The notes under the pieces were generated by a model. That model was not told the origin of the DNA, made no database searches, and was given only the letters and a program-made list of their open reading frames with translations. Shown piece after piece: positions 12,435 to 25,567 of a stretch of DNA of 64,000 nt (positions are counted from its first letter, which is position 1; every line of letters begins with the position of its first letter). The DNA lies in assembly GCA_036785375.1 (NCBI GenBank), contig JAWMAR010000710.1:310001-374000 (forward strand), written 5' to 3'. The stretch comes from Leucoraja ocellata (Eukaryota). Made by a program: the position numbers and the translations under genes.

Positions 12435-13198
12435 TAAATGGTGCCTGATTGGGAAAGGGGGAGATGCAGCGAGACCTGGGTGTCATGGTACACCAGTCAT
12501 TGAAGGTAGGCATGCAGGTGCAGCAGGCAGTAAAGAAAGCAAATGGTATGTTGGCTTTCATAGCAAGAGGATTTGAGTATAGGAGCAGGGAGGTTCTACT
12601 GCAGTTGTACAGGGTCTTGGTGAGACCACACCTGGAGTATTGCGTGCAGTTTTGGTCTCCAAATCTGAGGAAGGACATTATTGCCATAGAGGGAGTGCAG
12701 AGAAGGTTCACCAGACTGATTCCTGGGATGTCAGGACTGTCTTATGAAGAAAGACTGGATAGACTTGGTTTATACTCTCTAGAATTTAGGAGATTGAGAG
12801 GGGATCTTATAGAAACTTACAAAATTCTTAAGGGGTTGGACAGGCTAGATGCAGGAAGATTGTTCCCGATGTTGGGGAAGTCCAGGACAAGGGAGCTTAA
12901 GGATAAGGGGGAAATCCTTTAAAACCGAGATGAGGAGAACTTTTTTCACACAGAGAGTGGTGAACCTCTGGAACTCTCTGCCACAGAGGGTAGTTGAGGC
13001 CAGTTCATTGGCTATATTTAAGAGGGAGTTAGATGTGGCCCTTGTGGCCAAGGGGATCAGAGGGTATGGAGAGAAGGCAGGTGCGGGAGACTGAGTTGGA
13101 TGATCAGCCATGATCATATTAAATGGTGGTGCAGGCTCGAAGGGCCGAATGGCCTACTCCTGCACCTAATTTCTATGTTTCTATGTTTCTATGTTTCT
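12435..13198 (+). mobile_element. CR1 3' fragment, same young family as 2955-6144
   Basis: Near-identical to 5383-6140, with (TTTCTATG)n tail. Confidence 0.95.
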
Positions 13199-14026
13199 AA
13201 ATACGTCACAACTATGTGTTTTTGTTTCAAGGAAAATCGCAAAAGGGATCTACCAAGGAAGTTAGTAAAATAAGCACCCCCCAAATATCCAGTCCTGAGG
13301 TATGGATGTACCGTAATAAATAAGGGTATTAAAATCAGAGAAAATGCAAGATGATAAACAAAAGAAAATGGGAGGAATCACACTTTGTAGCTGGAATATA
13401 AGGGGTATTAATGAACCAATTAAAAGGGGCAAAATACTAGCTCAGTTGAAATCATATAACATGGATGTTACTTTTCTACAAGAAATGCATCTTAAACATC
13501 AAGATCAGATGAGATTGAGGGCGAATTGGATAGGCCAAACATTTCACTCCTCACATACTTCTAAATCCAGAGGCACCGCAATTATTATTCGCAAAGGAAT
13601 ACCATTCAAATCAAAGCACATTATATCAGATAAGGAAGGGAGATACCTTATAGTTACAGGAGAGATCCATGCTACGCCAATCACCTTGGTAAATATATAT
13701 ATGCGCCCAATTTTGATAATCCTCAATTTTTCAATAAAATTCTGAATACAATCGCAGAATTTAACTACCAGAATGTTACAATTGGGGGAGACTTCAACTG
13801 TGTTTTAGATCCGTACTTAGATAAATCGATGCAAAAACAAAGGGGTAATATGAAATCTAAAACTAGTGAACTCTTAAATACATATATAAAAAAATACAAA
13901 TATAGCAGACGTTTGGAGGATCGCGAATCCGACTGGAAGGGAATACTCGTTTTATTCAATGGTACACAAAACATACTCACGTATAGACTATTTCCTAGTG
14001 GATACAAAACTAATCCCTTATACTAT

Positions 14027-14207
14027 ATTTGCTATATTTAAGAGGAAGTTAGATGCGGCCCTTGTGGCCAAGGGGATCAGAGGGTATGGAGAGAAGGCAG
14101 GTACGGGATACTGAGTTGGATGATCAGCCATGATCATATTGAATGGCGGTGCAGGCTCGAAGGGCCGAATGGCCTACTCCTGCACCTAATTTCTATGTTT
14201 CTATGTT
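14027..14207 (+). mobile_element. Short CR1 3' end interrupting the endonuclease of the inner L1
   Basis: Matches ~5959-6140; TSD tactat (14021-14026 / 14208-14213). Confidence 0.9.
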
Positions 14208-17200
14208 TACTATGAACCCTAAATATCACACCAATACGATTTCAGATCACTCCCCGCTAACTTTCTTTTTAAAATTAGAAGGAATGTCTACGAACAAATC
14301 GTTCTGGAGGTTTAACTCGCAAATTCTGAAAGACCCACAAGGGAGTATATATCTAAAAAACAGATGGACCTATTTTTTGAGACAAACGATACACCAGATA
14401 TATCACCCACTTTACTATGGGAATCCTTCAAAGCATTTATTAGAGGAGTCATTATCTTGTATCAAGCTTTTCAAAGCAAAAAGAATAAGAATGAACAAAA
14501 ACAATTAGAAGAACAAATCAGACAACTAGATATAGATAATGCTAAAGATCCAACTATGGATAAACATAATAAAATTTAAATATTGAAATTTAAGCTAAAT
14601 AAATTATTGTCAGCGAGAGTTATAAGACTATTCCAAATTACAAAACAAGAACATTTCGAATTTGAGGATAAACCCCATAAACCTTTGGCACGCCCACTGA
14701 AAAAACGGGAAAAAGAACATGCAATTTTAAAGATTAAATCAGATAGAGGGGAATTATTAACACTACCTAATGATATCAATAAAAGATTTGCACAATTTTA
14801 CAAGAATTTATACACATCGAAAACGCTAATAGACAATAATAAAGTTTCAGAATTTCTGGACATGCTTCATTAATTCTAAGAGGATCAGTATGAATCTCCC
14901 CTAAGCTGGAATTAGCTGGAATGGAATTAGCCGTGAAGTCACCTCGGTTCTGGCCTGATGGGCCAAAAGCTTTCCAGCTTTATCCCAAGATTCAAAAAGT
15001 GTTGCCTAGATTTAAGCAATCGTAGCTTGGCTTTATTAGTAGACGTGAGGTCAAAGTCTGTTTGTAACCTAAGGCGTTCTCTATAAAGAGTAGGGTCTGG
15101 GTCAGATGCATATTTATCATCAATGTCCTTTATTTTTTGTAACAGGTCTGCCGTTTGGGACGTCTCGGTTCTTTTCAGGTTGGAGACAAAAGAGTTATGT
15201 TGGCCCCTAATATAGGCTTTTGAAGCTTCCCAGAGTACACCTCTTTCTATGTCCGGTGAGTCATTCAGCTCAAAATATAAGGTGATTTGGGAGTGCAAGA
15301 ATTGCATGTCGTGAGCCTCTGCTAGAAATGAGGAGTTGAACCTCCACTGTTTAAAGGGGTCAGTTTGTTTACGAAAGTGGAGATCGAGGGAGGTTGCAGC
15401 CTGATCTGATATGACGATGCTTTGATACTCGCTGGATTTGATTTTGGAGAGCAGTCTGTTATCTAAGAGAAAGAAGTCTATACGGGTATAGGTACGGTGC
15501 ATGTGGAAAAAAAATGAAAATAATTTAGTCGTGGGGAATGTATATCTCCATGGGTCTGTGAGCCCAAGTTGTTTGGAAAAAGCATGCAGAGTCTTACCTG
15601 ATTTAGAGGCTTTGTTCCAAGCTCTGTCCAGTATAGGGTCTTGGACCAGATTAAAATCTCCACTCACAATGACGTGGTGATTTTCAATATTTGGGAGAGA
15701 TGTAAAAAATTTGGTTACAAATGAGCTGTCATCCCAGTTGGGACCGTAAATGCTGGCCAATATGACAGGTGTGTCTTGCAGTTTGCCAGACACCATGACA
15801 AAGCGGCCAGCAGGATCCTCCACAGTTTTCTGTAGTTCGAACATAACGTTCTTACGAATCAGGATAGCAGTACCCCTAGCCCTATCATTAAATTTCGAGT
15901 GAAATAAGTGGCTAATCCAACCTCTCTTAAGCCGTGTTACCTATCTGTTGTGAAGATGGGTCTCTTGAATAAAAAATATATCGCCATTGAGCTGTTGCAA
16001 GTGGGCCAAGATCCAGTCAGTTTTGATAGGACTTCCCACCCCCCTCACGTTCCACTAGACAAATCTAAGAGTGTCGTTTGCGTTGGCCATACTTAGCTAT
16101 ATCCAAGCGAGTGGGCAGAGCGCTGTAGTACTACAAGTCGAGACGGAAGAGCACATCGAAGCCAGCTGCAGAGAGTGGGGATGTGGGGGGGGGAGTAATA
16201 AAAAGAAAAAAAAAGGAAGAAAAAAAAAGATACATACGCACGTACACACACAACAAACAAATGGGACACATATCACTTAGCCATCTTTCAAACCCGAGTC
16301 CCCGGACCTGAGATCCCCCATGTCCCAACTGAACCTTGAGTGCCCATTGCACCAAGGTGCGTTGTCCTCGCATCCGCATGGAGATATCCGATATTAACTC
16401 CCAATATTTCCACCTCCCAAAGCAACAAAATCGCTCAATGTCAGTAAAGTAACATAAAATGAAATAAGTATAATAATAATAATAACAATGATAATAATAA
16501 TTTGAAAAATAGAAAGTAGAAATAAAGTAAAGTAAACATAAATAAATAAATACAAAGTTGAAATAATAGTCATAGCAGTTGCACTGCCAATGTCATTGCT
16601 AACACTAATGGTAATGATAGTAGTGATGATAGTAATAATAAGACAAAGCAAATTAACAAAATGGCGATACTAAATAAGCAAGCCAACGTATAAGTGGAGC
16701 AAGAATAGCTTCCTTTGGTATTACATAGTATATCTTAAAATCGACAAGGTATAAAGAAAGAGTTAGCGTTAGAGAAGTTAGCAAGTTGCAAACTGGGCTC
16801 TTGGATTAAAGCGCAGGGCAAAAGAACATCAATTGAGTATTGTTAAACAAAAACGCTGTAGGAGCAGATTGGTATAACACAGCCTTGGCTGTAATGAGCT
16901 CTTATCAGCCCCAGACAGTCCGCTAGGAAGACTAGTGTAAACAAACTAGCCAAATGCTGGCAGCATTAGCAGCCAGCTGCTAAAAACAAGAAGGCAGAGA
17001 CCAGATCACGAACCACAAAGTGGGTCCCTTAAGCCCAATTTTATAGCATGTGCTGGTGAAGAATCTTTCAAGTATGATTACACATAAACATTATAAGGAA
17101 AAGTTGGTATAAGATAGTCTAGTATAATCAGCAAGGCCGAGTGCAAGTAGTGGCTAGTTGCTAAGAGCAGTCAAGCTAAAGTTAGTCCATAGTGTAACCG

Positions 17201-20074
17201 TAGATTAACCGGACCCCTTTGCCACTCGGGTATAGACGTACCGAGCAAAGTCAGTCGTCTGTTGGTCCCGGACTGCGTTGACGATAAGATGAGATGAAAT
17301 CCTGAGCGTCCTCGGGAGATTTTAGTCGTCGCCTCTTTCCTTCCCCGGCCATGATGAACAGCTTGGCTGGATAATGAAGGGAGGGTTTAAGACCCAGGTT
17401 GTATAGCTCTTTCATAACGTCTCAGTACGCAGAGCGTTGTTCAACTATCTCGGGACAGTGGTCTTTGAAAATGTGGATCGGGATATCCTTGTACTTCAGC
17501 TTACCCCTCTGCCTCCGAGCCTCACGCACCACCAACTCGCGGATCTGGTATCTATGGAAGCAAATCACAACTGCTCTGGGTTTCTCACCAGGGCTTGGCT
17601 TGGCTGTTAGCGTACGGTGGGCTCGGTCTAGCTCCGGGGCTAATTTCCAGTGTGTGTTCGCCAAGAGTCTCGAGCAGGAGTTGAGAGAAAAAAGCTGTTG
17701 TTTGGGGGCCTTCGATGTTCTCGGGGAGACCGACTATCCTTATGTTATTTCGGCAACTCCTGCCTTCCAGGCCGATAAAGCTTAGACTTTAGCTTGGCGT
17801 TCTCTTCGGTCACCGTAGTTAGCATTGTCACTATAGCTCGTATGTCTTGGCTGGTGGTATCGGCAAAACACTCTAATGACGAAAGACGGTGTTGGTGATC
17901 TAAAATAGTGGTCTGGATATTGTCCAGTTTCATTTCCCGTTTGGTGAACGCTGCGTTGAATTCTGCCAGTAGCGATACCTTGTGCTCTGTTAACATGGCT
18001 GCTAGCGTGGCCATGCCGATGCTGGTCGTCGGGTCTTCCGTCTTTTGCTCCTCTTTCTTTCCTCTGCCTGGCATCTTTACGGCGTGGAGAGGTGCAGTCA
18101 ATGGTGTTTAAATATTTATGGGTAGTTATAAAACTTAGGCTGAGCTATAATAAACGTCGGGGGTGAACAGGTCGGGAGCGTGGAAAAGTTCGACTACTTC
18201 ATCATGTCGCCCCCAACAGATCCACCTATTTTTTTTTTTTTTTAATGAGGTTCCATGTCTCAATGAGGTTCCATCTCACAATTTTGAGCTCAGTAAATTC
18301 CCATTTTACTTTGCCGAAATTAGGTTATACAAGATGAATTTTACACTGATGCAAACGCTTTCTACAGAAGTGACATCTGAATAATGAACAGGAGAGGAAG
18401 AGGAAGGTCCTGTACTTTCATAAGACAGCGTTAGTTATTGTGCAAAGTGAAACTGGGGAACTCAGTGTGTCGCCGTGCTTGGAGCTTTGCTGCCCAGTCT
18501 CTGGACTCGTTCATCAGTCTCTTCCCACAAGGTAGGCGACCTTACTACAGGTTCACTGCAAAGGAATGGTTTAAATGGGATCTAGAAACGGAACTCCGTG
18601 TTAAATAATTTCTAACGTGTGATATTCCACTGCTACAACCATTTATTAGACTGTTGCAGTCTGTTCTGCTTTAGATTTTACATAGAAACTTAATTAACAA
18701 TGAAGAAAGACACAAAATGCTGGAGAAACTCAGCGGTACAGGCAGCATCTCTAGAGAGAAAGAATGGGTGACGTTTCGGACCCAGACCTCTTCGACACGA
18801 AACATCACCCAATCCTTCTTTCCAGAGATGGTGCCTGTCCCGCCAAGTTACTCCTGCCGAGTTACTTTTGTGTTTATAATTGGTATAAAGCAGTGTCTGC
18901 AGTTCCTTCCAACACATAACTTTATCAATGTATTTTTGTCTCCATTGTTTCCCCATAGAAACTTAATGAAGCAAAATTACCAGCACCTGCCTATTTACAC
19001 AGTTGGGCTTGTTATTTGTTACCGGGTCAATATAATGTATCCATGCCAATGTGGATTTTATTTTTCCCATTTATCCGGCAATCCTCGGGCTCTGGGACTG
19101 TTTGAGGATGTTCAACGTCCTCGTTGTTCTGTTGCCCGTTCAATTAATTGACTGACTAGAGAGGTACAAACGAGTTAAAACCACTCTACCCGGGGCCGGC
19201 CTTTGGAGGTGTGGGGCCCAATTGGGAAATTGTTTCTGAAGATATATAAATAAATAAATAAATATAAATGAGCCATGTGGCGTGAGTAACATGACAATTC
19301 GGGCGAGAGTTCCTTTCACAGCGTGTGGGGAGTCTAGCCAGGGGTAAAGTTGCAAGAAGGGAAGGAGCGTTGAGATGGAGAGGGTCAGGTTGGTGCCAGT
19401 AACACTCACTCACCACTGCCGCGGCGCTGCGGGCGCCACCGCATTGTGGCCAGGGAGGGAAACAGCTTGTGTGGCTACGAGCGGCCTCCATCTCCGGACA
19501 GCGGAACCGACTGCCATCTCAGTGCCTTCTGCCGGCCAGCTCACCTCTGGCAGTGCTCTCCATCTGAACAGTGAGGGGACCAGCTGAAGAGCAAAGATCA
19601 TAGAGCGGAGCGGGTCAGCGGGTGATGGATAACATCACAGCAGGCGGTGAAGCTTACTACTGTGTCAGCGGGAACAAGGGATCAATTGAGGCACTGACAT
19701 ATGAAGTAAGCTCCAGTGCCCGCTGTCCTATTATCCATCGCACGCTGACCTGCTCTTGAGCTGGATGATCCCCGGCCGACCCCCTCCTTCTCAACCCTTC
19801 TGCCCACTTTACAGCTGCTTCCCATCAGCTGCTAGCAATGAGGGGTAGACTTGGCTATACCTCAGTACAGCAATCTCGTTCTTGATGTTGCTGTATTGAG
19901 GGATAACGGTCTATATTTCTTGGCTACCAACCTATCCTTCGGCCTCCAAGATGCAGGTACATTTTCTAGCAATGTTACAAAATTTTGAGATTTAAAAAAT
20001 GAAGTCTGCAATTTATCCAATCAGATAAAGCATAAAAAGAAGTTTAATTTGACACCTAATTCACTTTCATATCA

Positions 20075-20630
20075 CATTCATTCAATGTGATCGTGGCTGA
20101 TCATCCACAATCAGTATCCCGATCCTGCCTTCTCCCCATATCCCCTGACTCCGCTATTCCAGAGAACCTGCCTCCACCGCCTTCTGAGGCAGAGCATTCC
20201 ACAGACTCATCACTCTTTGAGAAAAAGTGTTTCCTCATCTCCGTTCTAAATGGCTTACTCCTTATTCTTAAACTGTGGCCCCTGGTTCTGGACTCCCCCA
20301 ACATCGGGGACATGTTTGCTGCCTCGAGCGTGTCCAAGCCCTTAACAATCTTATATGTTTCAATGAGATTCCTTCTCATCCTTCTAAACTCCAGTGTACA
20401 AGCCCAGCTGCTCCATTCTCTCAGCATACGACAGTCCCGCCATCCCAGGAATTAACCTTGTATACCTACGCTGCACTCCCTCAATAGCAAGAAAGTCCTT
20501 CCTCAAATTAGGGGACCAAAACTGCACACAAAACTTCATGTGCAGTCTCACTAGAACTCTGTACAACTGCAGAAGGACCTCTTTGCTCCTATATTTCATT
20601 CCTCTTGTTATAAAGGCCAACATGCCATTT
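20075..20630 (-). mobile_element. Older CR1 3' fragment
   Basis: Minus-strand ORFs give LLQLYRVLVR...QFWSP and LEFRRMR...IETYKI...RTRGHSL. Confidence 0.9.
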
Positions 20631-20696
20631 TTTAGCGCTAACGGCAGGTACTTGGGAAATGCGGTAACTCGTGAAGATCTTTCAACATGTTGAAAA

Positions 20697-23600
20697 ACTG
20701 TGCCCCGTGGTCATGTACAGCAGAGACTGTATAAGGATGGCAGGTTGTCTCTCCTCGAGGACACTGGTGATACAGAGACATCATTCTATTTACTTTTTTC
20801 TGAAGACAAATCTTCAAATGCATTATTTTTGTTCTGGTGCTGCCCATTGTGTGTCAAAGGCTGGATTATGAGGACAGGAACATTGCCGCATGTCCCACAC
20901 ACTGTTACTGTGCTGAGGAATAAAACAACAATATGACAAAGAGAGGTCCATCTAGGAAAGGAGCTGCCTGGCCCCCTCCAGACATTGAGACTGAGTCTGG
21001 TGGGTTACCCCTCATACAATGGAAGGGATATCACCCCAGGGGGGAGGGGGGGGGGGGGGGGGGGGAATGACAGTCAAGGGTGTATTGTGTAAAGATAGGT
21101 GGAAACACTACTGAGTGTGACACTATTGAATGTATGGACACAAAGAGTGTTTGTGTTAATTTTGTATAGAAATGTGGAACTGCAGATGCTGTTTTACTAA
21201 GGAAAGACATAAAATACTGGAGTAACTCAGTGGGTCAGGCAGCATTCCTGGAGGACAAGGATAGTTTTGATTTGGGACCCTTCAGACTAGTTTCGTATCT
21301 ATGTTTACTTCTGAAATAAAGTTTATATTTGAATATAAAAAAAATAAGGTTTGAAGTATGCAAGGATTCTGCCTTTCCCCATATCACATTCAGGACCTGA
21401 TGCAAAATTCAGAGCAATGGTCAAGGCTACATGAAGAGCGGTCTTATAATTTAACCACAATCATTCATCTATTCTGACCTCTGGGCTGTTTCACTTCCTA
21501 TTTTTTTATCTCAACTACATTTCACAATGTGTAAATAAACATCAGAAGTGTGAAGGACAAAGAAAACATCAAACCATCCCCAAACGTATTGAAACAAGCA
21601 AAAGAGAATTGGGGGTGGATTATTTGTCACTTTGAGCCTGTTCAATCATTCAAAACAATCTCATATTCCAATTCTCTCCAGATATATTTTGAAGCATTTT
21701 ATGTCAAATAAATCCATCCCCTAGATTCAGTGACCTGCGATCCACCATTTTCTGTGGGGTGAATTTCAATGGCTCACTATATTCTCAATGAAAAAAATTC
21801 TCAGCACCTAAATGTCTCACCCCTTATCTTGAGTCCAAAACCCCTTGTTCCAGATCCTAAGTCACTGGAAATATCGTCACGTAATAGTCTGTCTAGCTCT
21901 GCTTTGAATTTTGTTTAATTTGGAGAGGTCGTGTTTAAGTCTTCCAAACTCCAGTGACTACTGGCTCAGTTAGCTCTTCCTCTCCTTACACATTAGTCCT
22001 GCCATGCCAGGAATCAGTCTGGTCAGCCTTGGCTGCATTATCTCTATGGCTAAAAAACCCTTTCTCTGGTAAGAAGAGCACAAAGACATGTTTGGAGAGA
22101 CATGGTCCAGGCGCAGTCAATTGTGATGGGGTCAGTTGGACATGTTGGTCAGCATGTGTGCATTGGGTCAATGTGTCGATTGAGGGGGAGATGAGATGAA
22201 TTATGAAGAAAAAGATTCAGGAGCTGCGGAAAAATATCAAAACAGAGGGTGAAGCAGCAATAAAAATGAATTGTATTTCTCTGCAGAACTCACACAATCT
22301 GGGGGAATTGAGCTGTTAACTCGGATTAAGGAAGGAGACGGATTAGATTATTGTGACGATGAGGGATGACACTAACTCCTGAGCTGATGATGAGCGGCAC
22401 TTTGTGATTCCCTCCAGAATTTTTGCTTATGTCAATGTTTTTGGGTGTGGGCCTCAGTGCTCAGGCTTCCATTTTTAACCCATGAGGATGTGAACATCCT
22501 TATTTCACTGAGGTGTTTAATAAATAATGTAAATGATAGGAGTAGGCCTCACAAATAACGAAGGACCAGCAATGTATTTCCAATTTATGATGGTGACTAA
22601 CTGGGTCAACTTGTGCCACTCCGCTAACTTGACCAAGCAATTCTGGGTATGGATTGTGCTTGCATATTGTGGATATATTTTCTAGCACCGATGCAGTCAT
22701 CAATGTAATGGGGATAGAGTTCGGGAATAGGGCCAGTCTACTCCTGGAATACAATGTATCTCTCGTGTCTATATCTCCAGGCTGTGAAGATCTTGATGCA
22801 ACCCTGAGTTAGCCTAAGAGAACACCAAATGACATCGGGAAAAACTTGTGATTGTGAAAATGTTTGATGACAGGTTCGACCTTGAGTGAAATTGAGAACT
22901 CAGGAGAAAATTGCTCTTAGTATTGGACTTACTTTGTAAAATTGTAATAGCTTGATTATCACATGCAGCTCATTTGTGACCTCCTAAGTCCAACCTCCAC
23001 CATGATCTGATGTAATTGAATATCGGTTTGAACTATCGGACCAGCTACAGCATGAACAGGCAAGAATGTTGACCGTACGCTTTATTACAAAACAAGCGAT
23101 TCTGTTTGTGCAATTATCATAGACATTTCAAACATCACACAGTCATTCGCTTGAACATGTGTTACAAGTAACTATTCTAACCAGTTGTGAATAGCATTAA
23201 TGATACTTGTCTTTCCCCAGGCTGGTTAGCACTCAGCAAAAGCTTTTCTCTTTACCTCAGATACGTGACACTGAACTAAACTGAATAGAACTGGAAGGGA
23301 CACGATTTATTCCCAGACGTTGTGAAGGTCTTGGTGCAAACTGTACGGTTTGATTTGGAGAACACTGAAAGTTGCAGAAGAAATTAGATGATCATGAGAA
23401 TGGTGACTGGTGGTTTTACTTTGTGTGAAACTCAGGTGATAATTATACTCAATATTCAAATAACTGAATAATACAGCATTTTATGATCACATCTGTTCGT
23501 TTGTGTTCTCCTCAATCCAAAACTCACATTGTTGTAAACTGCCAAACCACCCACACCATAGTGGCACAAATGTCAAAGCTGCTGCCTCACAGTGCCGGAA

Positions 23601-25567
23601 ACCAGGGTTCAATCCTGACCTCGGGTGCTCTGTAGGTGTAGATAGAACGCTCCCTGTGGCCATGTGGATTTCATTCAGGTGCATTAGTTTCCTACCACAT
23701 CCCACGAATGAGCGGGTTGTAGGTTACTTGACCTCCATAAAGTGCCTGGAGTGTGGGGAGTGAATGGGAAAGTGAGATTGCAGAACAAGAGTGATACGGG
23801 TGATCAGTGGTCGGCGTTGACGGAGGGTTGAAGAGCCTGTTCCCATGCTGTACCTCAAAACCAAACTAAATCAGAACCTCACGAAAGATGCAAAAAAAAA
23901 GACACATACTCATCATTACAAAACAATAGATTCTCTCATTTTCCATTGCCATTGACATTTGTTATCCTCCAATAACCTTTAGAAAAATGAGGTTCCATAT
24001 CTCAACGCATCCAATGCATGTTTGAGCTCAGTAAATTCCCATCTTACTTTGCCGAAATAAGGTTTTACAAGATGGGATTTTACACTGATGCAAACGCTTT
24101 CAACAGAAGTGATGTCTGAACCCTGAGCAGGAGAGGAAGAGGATGGTCCTGTAGTTGTAACGGGTATAGCTTGGACCCAATAGCAGCACAGAATCAGGCA
24201 GGTATAATGGGTAATGAGCTTTATTACGATACTGTAACACAGAGTAGTAACACAGGAATGGGTACACCGTCCTCACACAGAGGCTCAGGATTGAGCGAGG
24301 GTTCCAAAGAGGGGCAGGCAGGAGACGTAGTCGGGGTAGCGGAAGGTCCGGTAACCAGGAGATCCAACACACGATGCAAACAAACCAGCGAGGGACAGAC
24401 GAAAGGAGAGTCGAAGCCAGTCAGGAAGTCGAGGAGCCGTTGCAGGGATACACCAAACAGCCCAGGAGAGAGGCAGACAGAAACCAGGAGATACGGGGCG
24501 AAGGCCGTGGTCAGGGACAGAAGGCAGAGGTGATATCCGGGAAGACGACAGGATGGAATGGTCAGGGGCAGGCAGGTTCAAATCTGTGTAGACAGTTGAG
24601 AAACCGCTGGAGAGTCTTGCATGAATGCTGAGAACAATCTGGCACTGTGTGAACGGTGAGGAGAGTCTATATAACGGGTTAATAGGTGATCAGAGGCAAC
24701 TGAGTGCAACAGGTGAGGAGAGTTAGGCTGATGAGAGGGGAGTGGCAGGCGTGGAGAAGGAGGGACTGGTGGAAAAGTACTGGGAGGTGAAGTGGATGAG
24801 AATGAGGAGAGGGCAGACTGTGACAGTAGTTTCATAAGACACAGCGTTAGTTATTGTGCAGAGTGAGATTGGGGAACTCAATGTGTCGCCGTGCTTAAAG
24901 CTTTGCTGCCCAGTCTCTGGACTCATTCACCAGTCTCTTCCCACAAGGTAGGCGACCTTACTACAGGTTCACTTCAGGAAAAGGAGTGGTTTAAATGGGA
25001 TCTAGAAACGGAACTCCGTGTTAAATAATTTCCAACGTGTGATATGTCACTCCTACAACCATTTACTAGACTGATACAGTGTGTTTTGATTTAGATTTTG
25101 CAAGGACATAGAAACTTAATTAATAATGAAGAGAGATACAAAATGCTGGAGTAACTCAGCAGGACAGGCAGCATCTCTGGAGAGAAAGAATGGGTGATGT
25201 TTCGGAACGAGACCCTTCTTCAGACCCAGACTTCATCGACCCATTCCTTCTTCCAAGAGATGCTGCCGGTCCCGCCAGGTTACTTTTGTGCCATATTCGG
25301 TATAAAGCAGCATCTGCAGTTCCTTCCAACACAAAACGTTATCAATGTATTTGTGTCTCCGTTGTTTCCACTAGAAACTTAATGAAGCTAAATTAGCACC
25401 ATCTACCATTTTACCCCTTTGGGCTTTCCAATTTGTTACCTGGTCAATCTAATGTTTCCATGCCAATGTGGTTTTATTTTTCCCATTTCTCCGGCAATCC
25501 TCTGGGACTGTTACCTGCTCAATTAATTGACTGACTAGTTAGTTACAAATGAGTTAAAACCACTCTG
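20697..25567 (+). repeat. Intergenic direct duplication, copy B
   Basis: Colinear with copy A. It retains ~0.9-kb and ~0.3-kb segments absent from A and carries its own solo LTR. Confidence 0.9.
24156..24825 (-). mobile_element. Solo LTR (Gypsy-like), 670 bp
   Basis: TG...CA termini, 5-bp TSD gtagt (24151-24155 / 24826-24830), absent from copy A at ~18412. TATA-like and AATAAA motifs lie on the - strand. Confidence 0.9.

Larger units (their letters stand above)
10649..14868 (+). mobile_element. Internal fragment of a second L1 family inserted antisense in the first L1
   Basis: ORF1 C-terminus (FYPARMRI) and ORF2 endonuclease (SWNIRG, LQE, GDFN, SDHSP). The host L1 frame rejoins (DPLRIN|AKFAKFY) when this span is removed. 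Confidence 0.85.
7755..18240 (-). mobile_element. Near full-length fish-type L1 LINE (ORF1, ~1.1-kb spacer, ORF2, poly-A), decayed and interrupted by nested insertions
   Basis: ORF1 coiled-coil/RRM pieces (17422-18101, ELDRAHR, AVVICFH), ORF2 APE (14939-15844), RT (10166-10648 and 8128-9906, YADD) and C-terminal zinc knuckle (RC...HMFWSC). Empty site at ~23970-23990 in the duplicate. Confidence 0.92.
2515..19188 (+). repeat. Intergenic direct duplication, copy A (expanded by CR1 and L1 insertions)
   Basis: Segments 2515-2954, 6145-7750 and 18243-19188 align colinearly with 20697-25567. Confidence 0.9.

Noticed and set aside
18466-18531. Signal-peptide-like frame CVAVLGALLPSLWTRSSVSSHK before a strong donor
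   Set aside because: No in-frame ATG, phase 0 rather than 1, and copy B introduces a charged residue. The better-supported leader is at 31818.
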